NCBI GenBank assembly: GCA_965249575.1
Contig: OZ252244.1
Span: 1,888,001-1,952,000, forward strand
Direction: 5' to 3'
DNA length: 64,000 bases
From: Gemmatimonadales bacterium
GTDB taxonomy: Bacteria; Gemmatimonadota; Gemmatimonadetes; Gemmatimonadales; GWC2-71-9
This document shows positions 48,217 through 59,907 of the stretch, piece by piece. The notes under the pieces were generated by a model. It worked only from the letters and a program-made list of their open reading frames with translations, did not search any database and had not been told where the DNA came from. The first letter of the stretch is position 1. Each line of letters begins with the position of its first letter. The translations under genes and the position numbers were made by a program.

Positions 48217-48326
48217 TCGGGCCGGTGGAGCATTGGCACCGTCGCCGATGTCCCACCACTCCCAGCGGGGCGTCGGAAAAAGGAAGGAGGGAGGGGCTCA
48301 AGGACCTGGAAGGCCGCGCCGCGCAT
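48213..48326 (-). CDS. 37-aa peptide translationally coupled between hemE and hemY
   Basis: ATG overlaps hemE stop (TGATG); stop overlaps hemY start (GTGA). Confidence 0.4.
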   Translation of the reverse strand: MRGAAFQVLEPLPPSFFRRPAGSGGTSATVPMLHRPE

Positions 48327-49360
48327 CACACCCGTGCGGCGCTCCACTCGTGTACCATTTCGACCACTGCTCGCGCCCGATCGGGATCCGTTCCCTGTAG
48401 CACGCCATGCCCGAGATTGAAGACGTGGCCCGGACGTCCCTTGGCTCGCTCCAGAATGTCGTGTACCTGGGCGGTGAGCTCGCCGAGCGGGGCGAACAGC
48501 GCGGCAGGGTCGAGGTTGCCCTGAACACCCCGGTCTGGGACCGCCATCCATGCCTGGTCCAATGGAAGCCGCCAATCGACGCCGATGACATCTCCCCCTG
48601 CTTCGGCCATGAGGTCCAGCATCGCGGAGGCGCCGGTGGCAAAGTGAATTAACGGCACGTCCGATGTCGTGGCTCGGGAGATCGCCTTTGCGCTATGCGG
48701 CTGGACATACCGCCGGTAATCGCTTCGAGACAGACAGCCCACCCAGCTGTCGAAGAGTTGCAAGGCCTGCGCTCCCGCTGCTGCCTGGGCGTCGAGAAGG
48801 CTGCCGACAGTGGTAGCCAAGTGATCGAGCAGCCGGTGCCACGTGTCGGGATCGTTGTACATCAGCCGTTTCGTTCTCAGAAAGTCGCGGGTCGGCCCCC
48901 CCTCGACGGCGTAGCTGGCCAACGTGAACGGGGCGCCGGCGAAGCCGATCAATGGCACGCCGTCGTCCAACTCGGCGCGAGTGCGCCGAACCGCCTCGAG
49001 GACATGTCCCAGATCGCTTTGTGGGTCGATCGTCGGAAGGGTCGAGACGTCGGTCGGCGAGCGCACGGGGTTCGTGATCCTCGGTCCCTCACCCGCGGTG
49101 AACTCGAGTCCCAGACCGAGTGGCTCGAAGGGGAGCAAGATGTCGGCGAACAGGATAGCGGCGTCGACTCCCAGTCGCTCCACCGGTTGCAATGCCACCT
49201 CGCACGCCAGTTCCGGTCGGTGGCAAATCTCGAGGATCGATGCCCGCTTCCGAATGTCCTGGTACTCCGGCAAGTAACGGCCCGCCTGGCGCATGAACCA
49301 AACGGGCGTGTGCGAAGCGGGCGCGCCACGACACGCCGCCAGGAAGGGATCAGCCGACAA
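48326..49360 (-). CDS. hemE: Uroporphyrinogen decarboxylase
   Basis: PVWFMRQAGRYLPEY, DAAILFADIL, IGFAGAPFTLASY, QGNLDP, FNLGHG; TTG start 49360. Confidence 0.97.
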   Translation of the reverse strand: MSADPFLAACRGAPASHTPVWFMRQAGRYLPEYQDIRKRASILEICHRPELACEVALQPVERLGVDAAILFADILLPFEPLGLGLEFTAGEGPRITNPVRSPTDVSTLPTIDPQSDLGHVLEAVRRTRAELDDGVPLIGFAGAPFTLASYAVEGGPTRDFLRTKRLMYNDPDTWHRLLDHLATTVGSLLDAQAAAGAQALQLFDSWVGCLSRSDYRRYVQPHSAKAISRATTSDVPLIHFATGASAMLDLMAEAGGDVIGVDWRLPLDQAWMAVPDRGVQGNLDPAALFAPLGELTAQVHDILERAKGRPGHVFNLGHGVLQGTDPDRARAVVEMVHEWSAARV

Positions 49361-50387
49361 GTATCCGGCCTCCTTCGACCTCCACGCGATACGTCTTGAT
49401 CGGTGTGACCGGCGGCCCGCCGAGGGGTTTGCCCGATGCGAGCTCGAACTTGCCCTGGTGCCAGGGGCATGTGAGTACCAGTCCGTCACCGTCGACGACG
49501 CCTTCGCTCAATGACGCTCGGCCGTGGGTGCACCGGTCGCTCACGGCATAGAAGCGCCCACCGACGTTGAAGAGCGCTATGGCGTCGCTCCCGAGGTAGA
49601 TCCGCTTGCTGGACCCGGGAGGGACATCGTCGACGTCCGCTACGGGGTAGAGGCCATTGCCACGACCGGCGTCCGCGGCTGCCGGCTTCGGCAGTGCGGC
49701 GCCCCCAAGTGAGTCGAGGACCTCGTACAGAGACATTTGCACGCAGGTAAATGTCGGCGTGTCCTTGAGCGTGTACGACGACGCCTCGCTCTCCCGCAGC
49801 TCCATCACCAAGTCGAGGAACTCGCCCGGGTCGTCACCTTCGAACGCCACGATGAATTCCTGGTCGTCCAGGCCGAACGAATACGTCGTGTTGAGCCTGA
49901 TTGATGGGTACTTTCTCCCTATCCGCACGTGTTCGTTCATCATTTCCTGGCGGCGCTCCAGGGACGCGGAGTACCACTCCCGCTTCTTGATGAACGGGTA
50001 CACGAAGAAGTAGCGATTGTCCGCCGGTCGGGTGACAAGCTGGTCGTGCTTGCCCTTGTGGTCTGGGAACTTGTAAAGCGAGCGCTTGGTCATCGCGAGG
50101 TAGCTATAGGGGATCGTCAAATAGCCGCCGAGGCGTGTCGAGAAGAGCGCGGTCTGGATGTGCTGGAGTGTCTCGACGTCCTCAGTAGCCTGCCACAGGA
50201 GGAAGTCCGAGTCCCCCCGAGTCCCGGCGAGGCTGTACGTGCGGAGCAATAGCTTCGCGTGAAAACTCTTTACCGCATGTGCGAACTGTTCTTTGTGCTC
50301 GATCTGCTCCGCGGCCTCGAGTCGCCGCCACGCAGCATCGAGCTTGTAGAACACATACCGGACAACCTGGCGCTTTTCCTTACTCAT
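49350..50387 (-). CDS. hemQ: Coproheme decarboxylase (ChdC/HemQ, chlorite dismutase fold) fused to C-terminal Rieske [2Fe-2S] ferredoxin
   Basis: VYPFIKKREWY, MMNEH, TTYSFGLDDQEF, LRESEAS; then CTH...CPWH Rieske ligands. Confidence 0.85.
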   Translation of the reverse strand: MSKEKRQVVRYVFYKLDAAWRRLEAAEQIEHKEQFAHAVKSFHAKLLLRTYSLAGTRGDSDFLLWQATEDVETLQHIQTALFSTRLGGYLTIPYSYLAMTKRSLYKFPDHKGKHDQLVTRPADNRYFFVYPFIKKREWYSASLERRQEMMNEHVRIGRKYPSIRLNTTYSFGLDDQEFIVAFEGDDPGEFLDLVMELRESEASSYTLKDTPTFTCVQMSLYEVLDSLGGAALPKPAAADAGRGNGLYPVADVDDVPPGSSKRIYLGSDAIALFNVGGRFYAVSDRCTHGRASLSEGVVDGDGLVLTCPWHQGKFELASGKPLGGPPVTPIKTYRVEVEGGRILVG

Positions 50388-51150
50388 GTCCTGCTGGTCC
50401 TTTAGTCAAATCGGCGAACGCTGCAACCAGCGCCGCCAGCAGTCCGTCTTCGGTGTACTCTTCGGCGACTTCTGTCACTTCGAGGCCGTACTCGCGGGCA
50501 GTCCGAGCCGTTATCGGTCCGATGCAGACGATCTTCGTTTTCGGCGGCGGTGGCCCTGCTTCCAGGAACCCTCGGACGGTGGACGAGCTGGTGAACGTGA
50601 CGGCGTCGACGCCCGACAGGTTCGGCCGCTCTGTGGCGAGCGAGCGCGTATGATACACGGGGATCTCGTCGACGGTACCCCCTCGTGCCCGCAACCCTTC
50701 GGCCAATGCCTGTCGTGCGATGTCCGCTCTCGGGAGCAAGAACTGCTGGCCTTCAACGTCTCCCAGCCCTGCGAGAATCGCCTCCGCCACGTACTTGCTC
50801 GGCACGAGGTCAGGCTCGATCCCGTACTTTCGGAGCGCGCTCGCCGTAGCCGGTCCAATTGCCGCGATCCGCGGTCCCTCGATCCCGGGTGTTCTCTGCA
50901 AAACCGCGTCAACCCCGTGCTTGCTGGTGAAAATGACCCAATCATACTCGGGGAGGCGGGCGAGGGCGGCTTCGAGCGGCGCTGAATCGGCCGGCTCGAT
51001 TCGAATGGCCGGAATGACCACGGGCTCGGCTCCGAGAGCTTCGAGCCGGGCGGCGAGGCGGCCCGCATCGGGCTCGGGACGCGTGATGACGATCCGGCGG
51101 CCGGCCAGGGGATGTCTGGGGTTGGGGTGGGCTACAGCAGCGTGCTTCAT
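50380..51150 (-). CDS. hemD: Uroporphyrinogen-III synthase
   Basis: IVITRP, WVIFTS..GV, AIGPATA, FTSSSTV, CIGPITA. Confidence 0.93.
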   Translation of the reverse strand: MKHAAVAHPNPRHPLAGRRIVITRPEPDAGRLAARLEALGAEPVVIPAIRIEPADSAPLEAALARLPEYDWVIFTSKHGVDAVLQRTPGIEGPRIAAIGPATASALRKYGIEPDLVPSKYVAEAILAGLGDVEGQQFLLPRADIARQALAEGLRARGGTVDEIPVYHTRSLATERPNLSGVDAVTFTSSSTVRGFLEAGPPPPKTKIVCIGPITARTAREYGLEVTEVAEEYTEDGLLAALVAAFADLTKGPAGHE

Positions 51151-51162
51151 GGACTAAAGGTG

Positions 51163-51336
51163 TAGGGGGTAGGGGGTAGGGGGTAGGGGTTGGGGAGTAG
51201 GGAGTGGAGACTTCCGATTGACGCGCGACAGCTCAGTGGTCGCCGGGCTCGCCGATGCACTACCCCCTACCCCCTACCCCCTACCCCTACGCCCTACCCT
51301 TCACTCCCTACTCCCCAATCCCTACTCCCTATCTCT
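51163..51336. repeat. Heptamer (TAGGGGG/TAGGGAG)n ... (CTACCCC/CTACTCC)n inverted repeat with ~50-bp spacer
   Basis: G-rich arm 51163-51210, C-rich arm 51260-51336. Confidence 0.9.
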
Positions 51337-51753
51337 CAGTTCTTCCGCGTCCGGATACCGCTCCTTCACCACAGCGATGATCTGCCGAGCACGCTCCGGG
51401 TCCTTCTTGACCGTCTCGTAGATCTCCGCGAGCCGGAGCGCCGAGTTGATGTCCACCTGCCGGGATGCCCCCCGCCTTACATGGCTTTCTAGGAGTCTGA
51501 TGGTGTCGTCCATGGTGGGTCGGGTCTGGGGTGGAGGTTCGCCAACCGCACCCTCCATGAGAAGGCGGCGCGCGAAATCCTCGATTGGGGAGAACACGTA
51601 TTCCAGCACGAGGTCCCATGCCCACCAACAGACTCCGAAGGCACCCGATGCCGCGAACAGGCGGGGATCGCCGCTCGCGAACCCGAGCACGCCGAACGCG
51701 ACGGTCGCCACCGCGAACATCGACCGAATCACGGTGCTAATGGAGACGGACAT
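51322..51753 (-). CDS. Hypothetical membrane protein (2 TM + TPR-like helix pair)
   Basis: Two hydrophobic segments then ALRLAEIY...PERAR...RYP. Confidence 0.65.
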   Translation of the reverse strand: MSVSISTVIRSMFAVATVAFGVLGFASGDPRLFAASGAFGVCWWAWDLVLEYVFSPIEDFARRLLMEGAVGEPPPQTRPTMDDTIRLLESHVRRGASRQVDINSALRLAEIYETVKKDPERARQIIAVVKERYPDAEELRDRE

Positions 51754-51772
51754 GGCGTTAAAGAAAGGGTGG

Positions 51773-54424
51773 TTAGAAGGTCGCCGTGACCCCTCCCAAG
51801 AATCTCCGCCCAATCACTGAGCCACCGTAGAGCTGGAACCGCTCCTGGTCGAATACGTTCGTCGCGACGGCATGGATACGGACGTTGTTGTTGATCTGGT
51901 AGCCCGCGTTGACGTTGAAGATCTGGGTCGCCGTTATGTAGCCGCTGAACACGCCGGCGGCCCAGGAATACCCATCCACCAGTCGTGCTGTCACACCAAA
52001 ATCGACTCCCTGGAAGCCGCTGTAGCTGAGCGAGATGTTCCCTTTGTGCTTGGGCGTGTTGGGAAGCAGCATGTCGCCGACCTGCTGGCTCTTCACGTCA
52101 AAGTCGAAGAATGTGTAGGAGCCGTCTAACTTCCACTCGTCGGTAAGCAAGAAGCCCATCCCCAGCTCTACGCCACCTTCCGTGACCTCACCCGCGTTGG
52201 TATAGGAGACGACGATTGCGCGTGAGCCGTCGGGGAGCGTCGCCACCGGCTGGCCGCTGGCGGTGAGCCCATCTGCAAGCTGCTTGTAGCCGGCCTGGAG
52301 GATCGGGATGTTCGCGCGGAGCGGGTGGCCGGATGGGAGCATGGCCGCGGCCAGCGCTGCATCGAGCTGTGAAAGGTTCGTCGGGATATCGATACCCCCG
52401 TCGGTCAGCAGGTAACGGGGGTAGTCCGGGTTCACACCGGGCAGCAGGTCGGTGATGAAGTTGTCCAGGGTGTTGATGTACAGGTCGACGCTAGCGTATA
52501 CGCGCGGGGTGAGGTTCCCCTTGTAGCCGAGCTCCCATCCCGTCAGTTTCTCGACGTCTAACGCATCGTTCCCGAGCGCCAACACGGGCGTCATAGCCGA
52601 GAAATCCCAGGGAATGTCGTTCGGGAGATTCAGGCCGGCGAGCAGGGGGCCAAGCGGAGAACCGTTCGCGCTCCGGAACAGCGATTCGAGCCCCGCCTCG
52701 AGCGTCGCCTGGCGAGCGTCGGGAGCGCCAGCCGCCGCACGGAGGAAGAACTCCGAGTAGTTTGCCGACTGGAACGCGCGATTGAACGTGAAGCGGATCG
52801 AGTGGTTCTCGTTCGGGCTGAACACCAAGCCTGCCTTAGGCGAGAATTGTGCGCTGAACAGATCGCCGTTGTCGTAGCGGGCGGCCGCTACCGCCTTGAA
52901 CATCGGCGAGAACCTGTACTCGACTTGGCCGTAGGCCGAGTAGTACTTGTCGTTGCGGTCGTCGTTGATCGCGTCCATCAGGGTCGCCTTGGTGTTAACC
53001 CCGTAGTTCCGGAACGACGCGCCGAGGACGACACGGCCGCGATCCTCTGCGAACGGTTGGTTTACCTGTCCCTCGACGTGGATGATGTTCGACACGTCGC
53101 TGATCGGTTGGCCGGAGGACAGGGAGATCTGGCCGCCGCCGGATCCGGTCCGCTCGCCGCTGCGGCCCGAGTACCAGGCCATGACGTTGAACCGTTCGGC
53201 TGACCAGGCGAGCCGAGCCCACGGACGGAAGGCCTCGACGACCTGGACCCTGCCGATCCCGGTCACGAAGATCTCGTTGTGGACTCGTGTGAGGCCGCCT
53301 TCTGCCGTGCCGATCGAGCCATCCCCAGCGTAGTAGTCGAAGCGGGCCGAGCCGTAAATGCTCTCTAGATCGTCACGCTCGCCCGTGGCACGCCCGGTGG
53401 TGGGATCGACGCTTTGGCCGTTCAACGGTATCGGCTCGATGTTAGGCAGGACGAGGAAGTCGGTGGTGCCGGCGTACTCGCGTCGCAGATCGAGGGAATC
53501 GAAGGCCGTGCGCGAGCGCGACCAGGTGTCGCTCCGCGTGTAACCGAAGTTGACGCGATACCCGAACTGCCCGTACGCGGCCACGCCGGCGTGCCGGATG
53601 TCTCCACGGAACGTGCTCAGCTCGCCGCCCGCCAGGCTGATTTTCGTTCCCACGATCTCCCTGGCAGTTGGCGTCGTGATGTTGACCACGCCACTGAATG
53701 CGTTGGCTCCGTAAAGAGCCGAACCCGGCCCACGCACCATTTCGATCCGCCCCATGTCTTCGAGCGGGGTCGAGAGGCCGTTCCACTCCTGGTTTCCGAG
53801 GAGCGCGATCGCGAGGTCTCGCCCGTCGAGAAGGACCAGGACTCGCCGGTTGAGGGACGAGTTGAAGCCTCGTGCGTTGAGGTTGATGTCGTTGACCCCA
53901 CTTTGGACGACATCGACGCCAGGGACGGAGGCGAGTGCCAACGGCGCCTGCGCCGTCATCGACAGCGCCTGGACGTCGCGGGTATCGATCATGGTCACGG
54001 CGGCCGGAGCCTCGACCACCCGTTCGGGCGCGCGGGAAGCCGCCTGCACCACGATCTCACCGAGCGAGATCGGCTGGGATTCCAGGGCTACGTCGACGGT
54101 CTGGGTGGTCCCTGCAGTCACGGTCACCGGAACTTCGCGTGGCTTGTATCCCAGCCACCGCACGAAGATCGCGTGTTGTCCGACCGGCACGCGCTGCAAC
54201 GCGTATCTGCCGTCGGTTCCGGTCGCGGCTTCGATGCCGGTTCCAACGACCCGAACGAGGGCACCCGCCAGCGCCGCGCCGTCGACGGCGCGTGTGACGT
54301 TCCCCTCGATCTGGCCGGTCTGGAGTTGTGCCACGGCGGGTCGGCCGAAGCAGATCGTCGCGGTCAAGCAAAACGCCAGCCCAGTCCCCAGTCGCGACCG
54401 AAAGGGTGTGGAACGCTCGAGCAT
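51773..54424 (-). CDS. TonB-dependent receptor with N-terminal carboxypeptidase-regulatory-like domain
   Basis: Signal peptide, plug RIEMVRGPGSALYGANAFSGVVNI, C-terminal Phe. Confidence 0.93.
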   Translation of the reverse strand: MLERSTPFRSRLGTGLAFCLTATICFGRPAVAQLQTGQIEGNVTRAVDGAALAGALVRVVGTGIEAATGTDGRYALQRVPVGQHAIFVRWLGYKPREVPVTVTAGTTQTVDVALESQPISLGEIVVQAASRAPERVVEAPAAVTMIDTRDVQALSMTAQAPLALASVPGVDVVQSGVNDINLNARGFNSSLNRRVLVLLDGRDLAIALLGNQEWNGLSTPLEDMGRIEMVRGPGSALYGANAFSGVVNITTPTAREIVGTKISLAGGELSTFRGDIRHAGVAAYGQFGYRVNFGYTRSDTWSRSRTAFDSLDLRREYAGTTDFLVLPNIEPIPLNGQSVDPTTGRATGERDDLESIYGSARFDYYAGDGSIGTAEGGLTRVHNEIFVTGIGRVQVVEAFRPWARLAWSAERFNVMAWYSGRSGERTGSGGGQISLSSGQPISDVSNIIHVEGQVNQPFAEDRGRVVLGASFRNYGVNTKATLMDAINDDRNDKYYSAYGQVEYRFSPMFKAVAAARYDNGDLFSAQFSPKAGLVFSPNENHSIRFTFNRAFQSANYSEFFLRAAAGAPDARQATLEAGLESLFRSANGSPLGPLLAGLNLPNDIPWDFSAMTPVLALGNDALDVEKLTGWELGYKGNLTPRVYASVDLYINTLDNFITDLLPGVNPDYPRYLLTDGGIDIPTNLSQLDAALAAAMLPSGHPLRANIPILQAGYKQLADGLTASGQPVATLPDGSRAIVVSYTNAGEVTEGGVELGMGFLLTDEWKLDGSYTFFDFDVKSQQVGDMLLPNTPKHKGNISLSYSGFQGVDFGVTARLVDGYSWAAGVFSGYITATQIFNVNAGYQINNNVRIHAVATNVFDQERFQLYGGSVIGRRFLGGVTATF

Positions 54425-54501
54425 GGTTGGATCCCTCGCTAGGGTCGATGATCGGTCAGGCCGCGCGGGGCGGCACCGCCAAGAATGCATCGTATCAAGG
54501 A

Positions 54502-54530
54502 TTTGCGGGAGGGGGGTGCCCCCTTATAAT
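54502..54530 (+). promoter_or_regulatory. Putative tRNA promoter
   Basis: TTTGCG-N17-TATAAT upstream of tRNA-Phe. Confidence 0.5.
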
Positions 54531-54608
54531 TCACGGCCTTCGGCTCAACGAATTGTCTAATGCGGTCGGCCGAGGGACAACCGGCCTGCGGGCGGAGCCG
54601 CTTTTTGA

Positions 54609-54681
<73 letters not shown>

Positions 54682-54743
54682 CTGGAGTCGTCGTGGAGCC
54701 CCCGCCACATTTGGGTAGGGGGATGGCGCTAGCGGATGGATGA

Positions 54744-55318
54744 GTGGATGGCGTCCCGCGAAGCCGGACGACAGCACTCGAGCGCCTCCAACGCCAGTCC
54801 GGACTCCCCTCTCGATCGGTAGAGATCTTGAATAGTCGAGTTCGACAACCGCCGCACCGCGCCTACCCACCCAGCTCAGCACGACTGGCGCCGTCCGGGG
54901 TCGCCACGTACCCGGAGCGCGGCGAGCTGCCCCAGAGCGCCGAGCCCACCGTCGTGTTCTCGGGCATCATGGCCTACGATCCCAATATTCAAATGGCCAA
55001 GTGCGTTACCCGTCTGTTTCGGGACGACCAAGAACGCAAGCGCCTGGGTCGGATCGGCTACGAGGCGGCCCGCGCGATGAATTGGGATCGAACGGCCGCG
55101 CAACTCTCGAGGCTGCTCCGGGCTGCGGATTGACCTGCTCGAATCTCCCGAGTCGAACCTGTACTTGGTACGACGACCGCTTGACCCGGAGCTTCACGCC
55201 GGTTTGCCGGAATCGGACACGTACTGCTGAGGGGCTTGCTCGCATGGCCAGCGGGCTGCGCCAGAGGGGACGGGACAGCGCCGAGCAATTTCGCCGAGTC
55301 CTACACGCCACCGCTTGA
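54744..55318 (+). pseudogene. Glycosyltransferase (GT4-like) remnants
   Basis: TVVFSGIMAYDPNI joined directly to a GT4 C-terminus (LFRDDQERKRLG..G...AR..NWDRTA); a second C-terminus-like fragment follows. Confidence 0.5.
54830..54896 (-). repeat. Inverted 67-bp copy of yidC internal sequence (31985-32051)
   Basis: 64/67 identity by manual alignment. Confidence 0.95.
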
Positions 55319-55322
55319 CTCC

Positions 55323-56203
55323 CTACCCGCTCTTCCGCACCGCCCGCCCCACGATGATCGTGATGTTGTCGGTGCCGCCGTCGTCCAGCGCGTCCTGCAG
55401 TAGGTCCTCGCACACCTGCTTCGCCAATGTCATCGCGCCCAGCCGTTCCTTGATGCGATCGTCCGACACGTGCTTGGTGAGGCCGTCGCTGCAGAGCAGG
55501 TGGACGTTTCGCCAGTCGGATTGTATGCGCGTCACGACGGGAGCGGTCTGCGGCCCCCCGATCGAGCTCGAGAGCGTGTGCGCCCACCGAGTCCGGAATG
55601 CTTCGGTCCGCGTAAACACCCCTTGTTCGACCAGCTCCTCGGCCATGGTCTGGTCCCGCGTGACCTGGTTCAGCTCCCCCTCACGGTACACGTAGTACCG
55701 CGAGTCGCCGACTTGCACGAGGTACACCCAACCCCAAACGCCTATCCAAAGCGTCAGCGTGGTGGCCATCCCGCGGTATTCGGAATCCGCCTCGGCGCGC
55801 TCGACGATGGCCGAGTGGCACTGCATGGCCGCCTCCTGCAGCGCATCGATGAAGCTGTCCTTGTCGGCGTCGGCGCTGTAGTAACACCGCATGCTCGATG
55901 CCACGTATTGGGACACCTGCTGGAGCGCGAGCCGGCTGGCTCCTCGCCCTTCTTGCTGCCCCCGACCCCGTCCGCGACCATTGCCAGTGAGGCGAGACGC
56001 TCGTCCCCCAGGGGAAGCTGATCCAGATCGGGGAGGCTGGTCATGTAGACGTCCATTCGCTTGCGGAGCGAACAGAGGAGAAAATGGTCCTGATTGGTCT
56101 TTCGCACCTTGCCTGGGTGGGTGAGGCCATGGACGTCGATCTGATCGTCGAGTGGTCTCGGGGTAGGCGTGGGGCGGCTGGTTGTGGTCTCGAGCGATGG
56201 CAT
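55323..56203 (-). CDS. PP2C/PPM Ser/Thr phosphatase, frameshifted near 55945
   Basis: THPGKVR..NQD, VADGVGG, MATT, VGDSR, LLCSDGL, GGTDNIT; single G missing in GAG-GCC. Confidence 0.85.
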
Positions 56204-56318
56204 GGCTGGCTTCCTGGTCAGGCACTCTCAAAACGATACGGTCGCGGGGCCAGGCCCGATAGATCGCCACTCTCAAAGCACGCAGAACAGGCGCCCCTCC
56301 CCCCGTGGGCACGATGTC

Positions 56319-56627
56319 TCAACCGGTGAGAAACCGATGCGCCCCGATGGTATGTAGCTCGACGGCCACCGGGGGTTCGTCGCATCGATCTTTGATCTCT
56401 GCCTGGAACGCCTTGAACGCGGCAGTCTCGGAGAGCGGATTGCGGCCGTCTGAGGTTTCGATGGACGCGATATGCACGAAGCTCAGGCCATCGTCGAGCT
56501 TGAACGATGCATATCGCAAGTCCTCGGGACTCTGCTCCGCCAACTCCGCAAACACCTTGCGAATGAGAGCCTCGTTTTCGTCGCCTCGGCCAGGCTTGAT
56601 CTTGTAGCGGACCATGACTCGCTTCAT
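56319..56627 (-). CDS. Small dimeric alpha/beta-barrel (ABM-like) protein
   Basis: MKRVMVRYKIKP...NEALIRKVFAEL...FVHIA...AFKAFQ. Confidence 0.7.
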   Translation of the reverse strand: MKRVMVRYKIKPGRGDENEALIRKVFAELAEQSPEDLRYASFKLDDGLSFVHIASIETSDGRNPLSETAAFKAFQAEIKDRCDEPPVAVELHTIGAHRFLTG

Positions 56628-56668
56628 GGGAGTGACCCTTCCATTCGTTGGGACCCGCGAGTGACCCA

Positions 56669-56700
56669 AATCGCCACTCGCCACTCGCAAATCGCCCATC

Positions 56701-56703
<3 letters not shown>
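56669..56703. repeat. Heptamer tandem array (AATCGCC/ACTCGCC)
   Basis: AATCGCC ACTCGCC ACTCGCA AATCGCC CATCTCA. Confidence 0.75.
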
Positions 56704-59619
<2,916 letters not shown>

Positions 59620-59700
59620 GGTATCGGCCTCGGCGGTGACGTTACAACGATACGGCTCGGATCATCACGCGGCCAGACGGCGGGACTCGGTGGGGGAGTC

Positions 59701-59748
59701 GTGAGTGGTGAGAGGTAGTAGTGAGATGTGAGAAGTGAGTGGTGAGTG
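59701..59748. repeat. Heptamer tandem array (GTGAGNN)
   Basis: GTGAGTG GTGAGAG gtagta GTGAGAT GTGAGAA GTGAGTG GTGAGTG. Confidence 0.8.
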
Positions 59749-59831
59749 GGGGGCAGCAATGTTGCTTTAGCGACAGACTAGCCGAGCCGCGACTTCAGTC
59801 GCGAGAACATTGAGGTCAGGCCCGATAGAGC

Positions 59832-59907
59832 GGCGATTGGCGATTCCCGATTGGTCCGCCCGCAACCCATTCGCACTCGCCAATCGCCACTCTCAAATTG
59901 CCACTCC
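59832..59907. repeat. Heptamer inverted repeat (GGCGATT)n ... (AATCGCC/ACTCGCC)n
   Basis: Opposing arms at the EamA stop codon. Confidence 0.75.

Noticed and set aside
49350..50387. Annotation as a true chlorite dismutase
   Set aside because: The distal Arg position is Leu and the gene is embedded among heme biosynthesis genes.
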